Made by a program: the position numbers and the translations under genes
Source of the DNA: a virus
Length of the DNA: 64,000 nt
Strand: one strand, 5' to 3'
Virus record (IMG/VR): IMGVR_UViG_3300042539_000280
Span: 64,001-128,000 of that record
The notes under the pieces: generated by a model
Database searches by the model: none
Seen by the model: the letters and a program-made list of their open reading frames with translations, nothing else
Told to the model about the DNA's origin: nothing
Shown: positions 39,318 through 46,446 of the stretch, in pieces
How the letters are laid out: each line of letters opens with the position of its first letter
Numbering within the stretch: the stretch's first letter is position 1

Positions 39318-39524
39318 TCAACTCCGTTCGATTAAGTCAAGTAGATTAGATAGGAAGCGTTCCTCAGAACCACATTGGCCTACGATACCTTCCCAAATTG
39401 GATCAATGCGAGACCGTGCCGCAAAGTCATGTTTGATACGGCGAATTTCAGCCAGTCGTTCATATAGTTTTTCTTTGATTTCGATTAGTGCCACATCGGC
39501 GCTTTTAGTTAGAAACTCTGTCAT
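39318..39524 (-). CDS. Hypothetical protein
   Basis: 68-aa ORF, ATGA-coupled to the upstream gene. Confidence 0.55.
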   Translation of the reverse strand: MTEFLTKSADVALIEIKEKLYERLAEIRRIKHDFAARSRIDPIWEGIVGQCGSEERFLSNLLDLIERS

Positions 39525-39937
39525 TCTGCCACCTCTAGTTTATCTTTATTGACTTTCAATGTTACTTTCTTAGCAGCATTGATATCACCAACCAGTTTGG
39601 TATAGTCACGACCACCATCAATAGCAACTGGGCCGCACTCCCGATAATGATGACGATAATGAGAATAATACACATTATCACCAATCTGAATACCCTCGAA
39701 AGGTTCAGTAGCGGTGATGCCATTCGTTATCATAAACTGTTCGCCATTGTGATACAAGGCGAAGTAATTAGAACCCTGCGGGTGTGCTTCTTCTGTATAA
39801 AAGATAGCGGCAGGAAAGTTGGCCCAACCGTGCTTGCCTTTGATACAAGACTCCATAACGAATGTAGCCTTATACATATTCTCCATCTTAGCGATGCCAT
39901 CGGGTTTCAGGAAGGTACATTCATTATGGATTTTCAT
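39521..39937 (-). CDS. Hypothetical protein with DGGRDY motif (start at MKIHNE)
   Basis: AGGAG SD before ATG 39937; C-terminal YS...H.Y..CG..AIDGGRDY. Confidence 0.65.
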   Translation of the reverse strand: MKIHNECTFLKPDGIAKMENMYKATFVMESCIKGKHGWANFPAAIFYTEEAHPQGSNYFALYHNGEQFMITNGITATEPFEGIQIGDNVYYSHYRHHYRECGPVAIDGGRDYTKLVGDINAAKKVTLKVNKDKLEVAE

Positions 39938-39947
39938 ATCTATCTCC

Positions 39948-40412
39948 TTACCACGATGCACGATAATAGACGGAGCGATTTTCGGCCCACTTAAAGTCCG
40001 GGTCACCCCACTTACCAACAGCAGGTGCCGCATTGCGGACCCATTCAAGTGCCTTAGTAAAGATGGAGATATCCTGGGCCTTCTGTTTCTCATAAGAGAA
40101 ATATTCATCACTCTCGCCAGGAAAGTAAGAGCGACCAAAGAAGAAACCTTCAACACGTTCCTCGAACATGCCATCGGCTTCTAGTGTATCGATAATCTTT
40201 TGTAGGTTTTCCTGAGTAAGCCAGATACTCTGGCAATTATCTTCACCATCTGCAAATTCATTTACAATGAACCCATGCAGATTGGCATGTTTACGCCAAT
40301 AGCCAATATCAAGAGTTTTATTGGTTACGATAAAGCCATCTTCCATGACCGGGTTGGCATCGGTCTCCGAAGAAACGGTCTTTTCGCCATAGAGATACAT
40401 ATCAAGACCCAT
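39948..40412 (-). CDS. Conserved phage hypothetical protein (MGLDMY...YWRK family)
   Basis: MGLDMYLY...IGYWRKHANLHG...DNC...GFFFG...YYRASW. Confidence 0.75.
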   Translation of the reverse strand: MGLDMYLYGEKTVSSETDANPVMEDGFIVTNKTLDIGYWRKHANLHGFIVNEFADGEDNCQSIWLTQENLQKIIDTLEADGMFEERVEGFFFGRSYFPGESDEYFSYEKQKAQDISIFTKALEWVRNAAPAVGKWGDPDFKWAENRSVYYRASW

Positions 40413-40758
40413 GTTTCACTCCATCTATATGAGAACAACGATTGCGCCATTTGTAGGCGGTGCAGGTACACGAATAACGTTTAAACGGACCTTTTGTCAC
40501 GACATACTTATCATCAACCACTCTAACATTGTCAGGTAGGCCCGAACGGTCGACCCAGGCCGCCACGATATCACGTTTATCAAGTATGCGAACCGGTGCG
40601 TCATATTCACCTGTAGTTAGAGCAAATTCATTTTCGGACAGCCATGAAAAGTGTAAGACATGGCCAATGTAAGTATGTTCTTTAGGTTCATACTTAGCAT
40701 GAAAACCCGGCCGATAGGCCGAGTTTTTATATTTGAGTTTTAAGAGGGCCATAAGCAC
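40402..40758 (-). CDS. SWIM zinc-finger protein
   Basis: C-terminal SCTCTAYKWRNRCSH (CxC-x8-CxH). Confidence 0.7.
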   Translation of the reverse strand: MLMALLKLKYKNSAYRPGFHAKYEPKEHTYIGHVLHFSWLSENEFALTTGEYDAPVRILDKRDIVAAWVDRSGLPDNVRVVDDKYVVTKGPFKRYSCTCTAYKWRNRCSHIDGVKHGS

Positions 40759-40766
40759 TCCTGAAA

Positions 40767-41309
40767 TTAGAGCAATTTCGAAAGGTCGAGACCGTCAATG
40801 GAGTCCCAGTCACGGTCAACGTTGAAGGACGTGCCGACTTCGCCGGAAGTACCGAACGTTTCCGTCACATCATCAAACTCCCGAACCTTCTTCTTCGGTG
40901 CAGCCTTACGCTTTGCAGCAACGGCCTTTAGCGTCTCAAGGTTCTTTGCCTTGATTGCTGCCTTATCGACAACCTTAGCAGGCGCCTTGACCTTAGCAAC
41001 TGCCTTCGGTGCAGCAATTTTAGCCTTAGCAGCAGGCTTAGCAATCTTGCTTTTCGGCGTAGCACCACGAAGATCAGCAGCATTTGCCGGCTCGGCGATC
41101 ATTGTATAAGAAACGACCTTGCGGCCATCTTTGTTAGCCTGAATAGTAAAACCATAACGGGTATTCAGGAACGAAACATACTTAGCCGCATAATCACCAG
41201 TGCCGACATGGGCATTGATAACGTCGGGCGTTACAGTAGCGCCGAGCGGGAACACGGCAAGGGCACGGATTTCAGGACGGACACCATTAGAAGCAGCAAC
41301 ACGGGGCAT
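40767..41309 (-). CDS. Lys/Ala-rich putative DNA-binding early protein
   Basis: Winged-helix-like N-terminus, histone-like KPAAKAKIAAPKA centre, acidic tail; first gene after promoter cassette 1. Confidence 0.55.
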   Translation of the reverse strand: MPRVAASNGVRPEIRALAVFPLGATVTPDVINAHVGTGDYAAKYVSFLNTRYGFTIQANKDGRKVVSYTMIAEPANAADLRGATPKSKIAKPAAKAKIAAPKAVAKVKAPAKVVDKAAIKAKNLETLKAVAAKRKAAPKKKVREFDDVTETFGTSGEVGTSFNVDRDWDSIDGLDLSKLL

Positions 41310-41340
41310 ATTTAACTCCTTTTCTCATTTCAATACGGAT

Positions 41341-41410
41341 ATTATAGCACATAGGACGGATTAGTCAAGCGAAAAGGTATGTCAACGCCTGCGACATATT
41401 GTCGCACCCT
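41341..41410 (-). promoter_or_regulatory. Early promoter cassette copy 1
   Basis: TTGACT-16-TATAAT with TG extension; palindrome TGCGACA-N3-TGTCGCA at 41390-41406. Confidence 0.85.
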
Positions 41411-41438
41411 GAATGTAGACGGTTGACATACCCTGTTG

Positions 41439-41663
41439 TCATTCACCACCCTCTAGTCTGTTTACATACATCATACGGGACGCACCGCCCGCATAATCAA
41501 AATCCAAGGACTCGATTATGCCGTTGACCATGTCACGGTCAACCTTGAGACGGGAACGCTCATTAACATATTCTACCACATCGCCAACATAGTAGGCACC
41601 TGCCTCTATAGCATCACCTACCAATTCAACAATATCGGTATAGGCATCAGACATACGGGACAT
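41439..41663 (-). CDS. Hypothetical protein
   Basis: MSRMSDAY.DI.E N-terminus; GGAGG SD. Confidence 0.6.
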   Translation of the reverse strand: MSRMSDAYTDIVELVGDAIEAGAYYVGDVVEYVNERSRLKVDRDMVNGIIESLDFDYAGGASRMMYVNRLEGGE

Positions 41664-41664
41664 A

Positions 41665-42381
41665 TTAGAACCTCCAGAAAGAGTTGATCATATTGGTAAC
41701 ATAAACGTCGAGAATTTCCCAAACGTTTTTATTCGACTCAAGGTCCTCTTTCATCTTGCGAACCTTGGCCATCATGCTCATACCATGGGCAGGATAAGCA
41801 ACGACCTTGACAGTCTTATCCCAGCAGGCACGGCAGTCGCCGCATTTACCATCACGCTCATATGCACCACACATAAACGCATCCGTCGGTTCATCGGCAA
41901 ACGAAACAACGGTCGAACCATGTTCCTCTGTAAATTCACCGACAATAGACGGAGACGAATAACGCACCGCAGCATTGGGCAGAGTTTTCATACGGTCAAG
42001 AACCGCACGGATCTTCGGGATAGTATAAGACTTGGTCGGCAGCCAATGCTGCACATGCGGAGTCTTTTGCATCACCAGAAAGATTTTAAAAGCAAGAGCG
42101 GGATGATAAACGTCTCCCGAGTCGAACCAACGGAAAAACTTTTGCTTTGCAAGAGCCAGCACCATATCATCGACCCATTCGGCACGTTTCCAATCTTCAC
42201 GATTTTCTTCACGGACACGTTTTGAGTTTTTGAAACTGTAAGTGCCACCTTTAGCATAGCATCCGGCACAAACGGGCAACGGCTGCTTAGTAAACGGGTC
42301 AATCGATCCAGGGCAGGTCGAACCGGCCTGGAGAGACCACGATTTAGCGGGCATTTTCGACGCCTTGGAGAGATTAATCAT
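41665..42381 (-). CDS. GP88-like Cys-rich (Fe-S/radical-SAM-like) protein
   Basis: LSKASKMP..SWSL.A..TCPGS...VCAGCYA, FRWFDSGD, HWLPT, C.AY...GKCGDCRACWD...V.Y..H; start at MINLSK (AAGGA SD). Confidence 0.75.
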   Translation of the reverse strand: MINLSKASKMPAKSWSLQAGSTCPGSIDPFTKQPLPVCAGCYAKGGTYSFKNSKRVREENREDWKRAEWVDDMVLALAKQKFFRWFDSGDVYHPALAFKIFLVMQKTPHVQHWLPTKSYTIPKIRAVLDRMKTLPNAAVRYSSPSIVGEFTEEHGSTVVSFADEPTDAFMCGAYERDGKCGDCRACWDKTVKVVAYPAHGMSMMAKVRKMKEDLESNKNVWEILDVYVTNMINSFWRF

Positions 42382-42414
42382 TTTTGTTCCTTTTTCAATT
42401 TTCATCATACGGTA

Positions 42415-42485
42415 ATAATAGCACAAAGGAACGGTAAAGGCAACAGAAAAGGTATGTAAACAGGTGCGACATGATGACGCACCCT
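42415..42485 (-). promoter_or_regulatory. Early promoter cassette copy 2
   Basis: TTGCCT-17-TATTAT; plus-strand TGCGACA-TGA-TGACGCA at 42465-42481. Confidence 0.85.
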
Positions 42486-42489
42486 TAGT

Positions 42490-42606
42490 CTATAGTTTTG
42501 GTAGTCTTTTGCGATTGTAGACAGATTTCTTGTCTACATACACCTTCGGTCTACATACAGGAGTCCGGAGTGCCTTGGCCACCGGATTTATGGTTTTGCG
42601 TTTCAA
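42490..42606 (-). CDS. 38-aa basic peptide resembling ArfA, not in the ORF track
   Basis: TTG start overlapping the upstream TGA, GAGGAGG SD; MKRKTINPVAKALRTPVCRPKVYVDKKSVYNRKRLPKL. Confidence 0.6.
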   Translation of the reverse strand: MKRKTINPVAKALRTPVCRPKVYVDKKSVYNRKRLPKL

Positions 42607-42767
42607 TTTAGATAAACCTCCTCTATTTCAAAGTCATCAGAAGAAATTCCTTCATCGATTTCAAATTCTTCTAACATCATATCAATACAGGCCTGTGCCT
42701 GTTCTATTGTCTTAAAGACTCCACACATATCTGGTTCGAGAGAAAAATAAAGATTATAAACTTTCAT
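42603..42767 (-). CDS. Small acidic protein, paralogue family A
   Basis: MKVYNLIFSLEPDMCGVFKTIEQAQACIDMMLEEFEIDEGISSDDFEIEEVYLN; GGAGG SD. Confidence 0.65.
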   Translation of the reverse strand: MKVYNLYFSLEPDMCGVFKTIEQAQACIDMMLEEFEIDEGISSDDFEIEEVYLN

Positions 42768-42943
42768 TCTACATAATCCTCCACAATACTAAAGTCCTCA
42801 GGTGAATACATTGCTTCACCTTCAAATTCTTCGGCCAGCATTTCATTGAGATATGCTTCTGCCTTTTCATAGTTTGAATAGATGCCACGAATAACTTTAC
42901 CATCAATCAGGTCATCATACCAAAGAATAAAGATGTTATTCAT
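42764..42943 (-). CDS. Small acidic protein, paralogue family A
   Basis: MNNIFILWYDDLIDGKVIRGIYSNYEKAEAYLNEMLAEEFEGEAMYSPEDFSIVEDYVE; GGAGG SD. Confidence 0.65.
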   Translation of the reverse strand: MNNIFILWYDDLIDGKVIRGIYSNYEKAEAYLNEMLAEEFEGEAMYSPEDFSIVEDYVE

Positions 42944-43095
42944 TATCTTGCCTCCACAGTATTACCTTGATAAAAGGCATCATTCTTATAGTGTTCGATA
43001 TAACGTTTTACTGCTACACGAGAGATACCACGAAAGGTAAGAAAGGTGCCCGCACTAAAGTAAACGGTCAGATTGAACGTATTAACATTAGCCAT
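42943..43095 (-). CDS. Small protein, paralogue of 54760-54945
   Basis: MANVNTFNLTVYFSAGTFLTFRGISRVAVKRYIEHYKNDAFYQGNTVEAR; AAGGAG SD. Confidence 0.6.
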   Translation of the reverse strand: MANVNTFNLTVYFSAGTFLTFRGISRVAVKRYIEHYKNDAFYQGNTVEAR

Positions 43096-43215
43096 TATAT
43101 TTACTCCTTAGAGAAAGGTAAACACCAAGAACGCCGATTGTATATACGATAACCATCCACTCCGGCACGAAAGCATAAAGCGGATAGCCGTCAAAGCGGA
43201 TGGATATTGTCATTA

Positions 43216-43398
43216 TTACGGTCCTTGCCATTCAGCGGCCGGAGCATCTAACTCACGAGCCTCGATACGATAAAACGGTACATCAACAGAACGATCCCAG
43301 TCCTCAAATGCAGCACGAGCCGCATCCTCAGAACCATACACACCAATCAACCAGTCAGAGTCCGAGAACGGCTCGGCTACCAAAGCATATACTCGCAT
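43216..43398 (-). CDS. Small acidic protein, paralogue family A
   Basis: MRVYALV....WLIGVYGSEDAARAA...YRIEARELD. Confidence 0.65.
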   Translation of the reverse strand: MRVYALVAEPFSDSDWLIGVYGSEDAARAAFEDWDRSVDVPFYRIEARELDAPAAEWQGP

Positions 43399-43648
43399 TT
43401 AGTTCGTCCTATCAATAACAATCCACAGCAAAGTGCCGATAAAGGAAAACGTAGCAACCATACCGAGTGCCACATATTGCATGATTTTATTTTCGTCCAT
43501 CATCTAACAATCTCCTTCTCCATAATGTATAACCAGTTACCATCATCGGTTTGTTTACCAAACCGCATGATTGAATATCCGATATTAGATAATTCGACCA
43601 GTCGTTTGGCGACGAAACGAAAAGAACCAGACAGGATTATTTGGTGTG

Positions 43649-43804
43649 TCATATGAAAATATCCTCCAATTCGTCCATGTCGTTTATAGTACCAGGAACA
43701 ATCCAATATGAGATATCAGCATCAAGTAACAGATTGCCAAGGTACTGTGTGAAACAATACTCACGAGTGCCACGTTCATCGTAGATAGAATAAAACACCG
43801 TCAT
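43649..43804 (-). CDS. Small protein with SYWIVPGT motif, paralogue family B
   Basis: MTVFYSIYDERGTREYCFTQYLGNLLLDADISYWIVPGTINDMDELEDIFI; AGGAG SD. Confidence 0.55.
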   Translation of the reverse strand: MTVFYSIYDERGTREYCFTQYLGNLLLDADISYWIVPGTINDMDELEDIFI

Positions 43805-43814
43805 ATTAGTTCTC

Positions 43815-44033
43815 CTATTCAGCCATCACGGCCTTGAGCAAATCTTCATTCATAACAGTAGCAGCAATAAGGCGCAAGGTCTTTAACTTGCGGGTTGCTA
43901 TTGTTACAAGTTCGGGATCACTCAGGCAATCCCGCTTCATTCCCATTTCAGATAATGTGACGGCGAGTTCTTCCATGGGCAATTCCATGTTCTCACGATA
44001 TTCTTGAGTATCAAGATTGACAATCGTAGTCAT
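43815..44033 (-). CDS. Hypothetical protein (start at MTTIVN)
   Basis: GGAG SD before the internal ATG of the 43815-44087 ORF. Confidence 0.5.
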   Translation of the reverse strand: MTTIVNLDTQEYRENMELPMEELAVTLSEMGMKRDCLSDPELVTIATRKLKTLRLIAATVMNEDLLKAVMAE

Positions 44034-44121
44034 ATCAATTCTCCATGCTAGTAAGAGCAATAAGAGCAAACGCAACCGGCGGAACAAACACTACCATAAA
44101 GAGAACGATATCAGTCATTAA

Positions 44122-44337
44122 TTACTCCCAAGGTTTGGCTTCACCAAGATAACAACGTGCCTGTCTAGTACCTTCAGGATTAACTAGATTAAGAAACGTG
44201 TTACCCCATTCACCGATACGGGTTGACTCGGTGATATGAATAATAGTCCAAATTTGACGGCCGGTGCCAATTTTAATCTTGTCACCGATTACAGGATCCC
44301 ATCGTTTTTCATCTTTAAAGCGATTTGACCTTTTCAT
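44122..44337 (-). CDS. Hypothetical small beta-barrel protein
   Basis: IGDKIKIGTGRQIWTI motif; GGAGG SD. Confidence 0.55.
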   Translation of the reverse strand: MKRSNRFKDEKRWDPVIGDKIKIGTGRQIWTIIHITESTRIGEWGNTFLNLVNPEGTRQARCYLGEAKPWE

Positions 44338-44339
44338 TA

Positions 44340-44498
44340 TTAATCCTCCAGATTAAGAGTGCCGGGAACGATCCAATAGGACTCGGACGGATATTTGCCG
44401 CTATTGTGATTAGCACAATAGTAAGCAACCATCCAATCGTTATCAAAACCATCGGGTTCGAATACCGAAAGAGCATAGATATGACGCATAAAATACAT
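44340..44498 (-). CDS. Small protein with SYWIVPGT motif, paralogue family B
   Basis: MYFMRHIYALSVFEPDGFDNDWMVAYYCANHNSGKYPSESYWIVPGTLNLED. Confidence 0.55.
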   Translation of the reverse strand: MYFMRHIYALSVFEPDGFDNDWMVAYYCANHNSGKYPSESYWIVPGTLNLED

Positions 44499-44677
44499 TA
44501 TATTTCCTCTCCACATTGGCCGAATTGATATATTTCGTCCAGTTCAACCTTACGGATATAAACGTCACTGTCTTTCAGAGACAATACATAATCACGAGCC
44601 TTCACATAACTGGAGAATATGCCCATTAATTGCTCGCCCTCATAAGCGATTGACCATATTACAGCGAAAACTTCCAT
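44498..44677 (-). CDS. Small acidic protein, paralogue family A
   Basis: MEVFAVIWSIAYEGEQLMGIFSSYVKARDYVLSLKDSDVYIRKVELDEIYQFGQCGEEI. Confidence 0.65.
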   Translation of the reverse strand: MEVFAVIWSIAYEGEQLMGIFSSYVKARDYVLSLKDSDVYIRKVELDEIYQFGQCGEEI

Positions 44678-44681
44678 GATA

Positions 44682-44846
44682 TTAACCTTTCGTTAGTTTA
44701 ACCTTAGAAACAGTATAACCCTTCTTCGGGCGTTTCACAGGTTTGGCCACTTTAATTGTACCGCCATTCTCAAAATAGTTAGTGAGGGCGTTAAGAGTGC
44801 CAAGGTCCAGGTTAAAGGACTTTTTAACGAAACGGGCGTTAGACAT
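44682..44846 (-). CDS. 54-aa basic protein with a SutA-like motif, first gene after promoter cassette 3
   Basis: MSNARFVKKSFNLDLGTLNALTNYFENGGTIKVAKPVKRPKKGYTVSKVKLTKG; AAGGA SD. Confidence 0.55.
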   Translation of the reverse strand: MSNARFVKKSFNLDLGTLNALTNYFENGGTIKVAKPVKRPKKGYTVSKVKLTKG

Positions 44847-44878
44847 GATATTTTCCTTTCAATCTCGATTGTTGACGT

Positions 44879-44949
44879 ATCCTAGCACAACGGAACGGCA
44901 TTGTCAATGTAAACTGGCACGGAACTGGTGCGACATGATGACGCACCCT
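44879..44949 (-). promoter_or_regulatory. Early promoter cassette copy 3
   Basis: TTGACA-17-TAGGAT; palindrome at 44929-44945; 33-bp exact identity with copy 2. Confidence 0.85.
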
Positions 44950-44979
44950 TAGTCTATAGAGTCGGTAGAGTGTTGTCAT

Positions 44980-45300
44980 TCACCGAACGTCTGTATTGAG
45001 GGCGGGAGAGAGGTCACGGATCAATTCCCGCTCACGGAGGTGAGCCTCGGCCTTGCCTCGAACCACCTCATAATAGCAGACCTCGAACGCCTCCGGACCG
45101 TATTTCCGTATCGCCTTGCATAAGGCCCAGTCCCTGCCTTCGGTAAGGGCTCGGCGGACATGCTTTTGCCAGCGACGGATAACAGACTTGGACACGGCTG
45201 ATTTGTCTACATACGTCACACCGATATACTCTAAACCATTGACGGATAAAGAATATATGACATGCTTACGGTCGGAACGTGATTTGCGCTTTTTGATCAT
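44980..45300 (-). CDS. GIY-YIG nuclease-family protein (probably leaderless mRNA)
   Basis: VIYSL...EYIGVT...RWQKH...LCKAIRKYG..AF...A...ERELI....LN. Confidence 0.75.
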   Translation of the reverse strand: MIKKRKSRSDRKHVIYSLSVNGLEYIGVTYVDKSAVSKSVIRRWQKHVRRALTEGRDWALCKAIRKYGPEAFEVCYYEVVRGKAEAHLRERELIRDLSPALNTDVR

Positions 45301-45305
45301 GCTGC

Positions 45306-45375
45306 ATTATAGCACAAGGAACGGAATAGGCAATAAAAAAGGTATGTAAACGACTGCGACAGGATGTCGCACCCT
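45306..45375 (-). promoter_or_regulatory. Early promoter cassette copy 4
   Basis: TTGCCT-16-TATAAT; TGCGACA-GGA-TGTCGCA at 45355-45371. Confidence 0.85.
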
Positions 45376-45433
45376 GACCTTGGCCGTTTACATACCTATA
45401 AATCTACCGGAATAGTAGAGTGTTTACAATAGA

Positions 45434-45631
45434 TTAATGCTCGTAAAAATCGTCCACTTCGTCAAAATCCTCGGTGTGTTCCATCCACGCCTTCTTGAGG
45501 TTCTTGAGAGGACGCTTTTTAGAAACCTCAGATTGAGGTCTTTCTAGGCGTTTGCCGCCATACTTGCGATCCTCTTCCTGGAGTTCGGCGTAGATAGAGT
45601 CGATAGGATTATGCGATTTCATCTTAGTCAT
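45434..45631 (-). CDS. Hypothetical protein (start probably MTKMKSHN)
   Basis: Basic/acidic small protein downstream of the SprT-like gene; start uncertain. Confidence 0.45.
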   Translation of the reverse strand: MTKMKSHNPIDSIYAELQEEDRKYGGKRLERPQSEVSKKRPLKNLKKAWMEHTEDFDEVDDFYEH

Positions 45632-45632
45632 G

Positions 45633-46046
45633 TCATGCAGCCTTGTAAAGTTTAAGTCCTTTAAGTTTGAAATTGTCCCGCCAGGCATCAAACGATGGTC
45701 CGTGTCCGACAGGTTCATCATAAATGTATTGGAAATGGTGTATCATTTCATGGGCCAATACCTCAACAAACATTTTCTCATTTTCAAAACTTTTGCACAT
45801 GCTTATCTTGGAGGGTTTACCACGTTTCTTACAGTTGTAATAGTATAGTGCATAAACGTCTCCATACTTCTTATGTTTAGATATAAAGATTTTCTTTACA
45901 GGTTCAAGTAGACCACCAAATATTTGTTCATTTAGAATGTGGAACCATTCCCAACAAGCATCAACGGTGGGTTTATATTTCACGTTATCATATTGTAGCG
46001 ACTTGAGTTTTCTCCTATTTTGGTAGTAGTCCGTCAAATGCTTCAT
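45633..46046 (-). CDS. SprT-like zinc metalloprotease
   Basis: F..LN..IF.G.L...VLAHEMIHHFQ...GHGPSF..W (HExxH plus HG). Confidence 0.8.
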   Translation of the reverse strand: MKHLTDYYQNRRKLKSLQYDNVKYKPTVDACWEWFHILNEQIFGGLLEPVKKIFISKHKKYGDVYALYYYNCKKRGKPSKISMCKSFENEKMFVEVLAHEMIHHFQYIYDEPVGHGPSFDAWRDNFKLKGLKLYKAA

Positions 46047-46446
46047 TCACAAGTGCCTCGGTTAGATATGGTGTTTTTAGATCCTTCTTTAGCATGTTAG
46101 CAAACACTTCGGCCTCTTTTGGTTCAAGTGACTCCAAAATCTGGATAAGGAGTTCTTCTTTACGTTTATCAGTCAATGCCGGAGGCGTTCTAGGATTACC
46201 TTCTTGAAAGAGATATGCCCGCTGCAATGCAGAGGTCATATGATCATATGACATACCTGGTGGTACATGCTCCTTCTTATACTCAGGAACCTTTACATTG
46301 AATTTTACATTAGGATGAAAGACCGCCTGTAGGACATTTCTCAATGCCCAGTTATCATTCTTCCGTAGAACTCCAATACGGTCCTGTTTTGTCTTGGCGG
46401 TTCTAAATTCATCAAGAACCTCATAAATGTTTCTAATAGCCATCAA
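46015..46446 (-). CDS. Conserved T4-like phage hypothetical protein
   Basis: IYEVL...K...LR...AL..VL...F.P...KRKEELLIQILESL.P.EA. Confidence 0.65.
   Translation of the reverse strand: MMAIRNIYEVLDEFRTAKTKQDRIGVLRKNDNWALRNVLQAVFHPNVKFNVKVPEYKKEHVPPGMSYDHMTSALQRAYLFQEGNPRTPPALTDKRKEELLIQILESLEPKEAEVFANMLKKDLKTPYLTEALVNEAFDGLLPK

Noticed and set aside
39938-40174. N-terminal extension of ORF 39521-40174
   Set aside because: It overlaps the real gene 39948-40412 in another frame; the SD supports a start at 39937
41341-45400. Palindromic repeats as a CRISPR array
   Set aside because: Spacing is 0.4-2.5 kb with genes in between, each copy contains -35/-10 elements, and there are no cas genes
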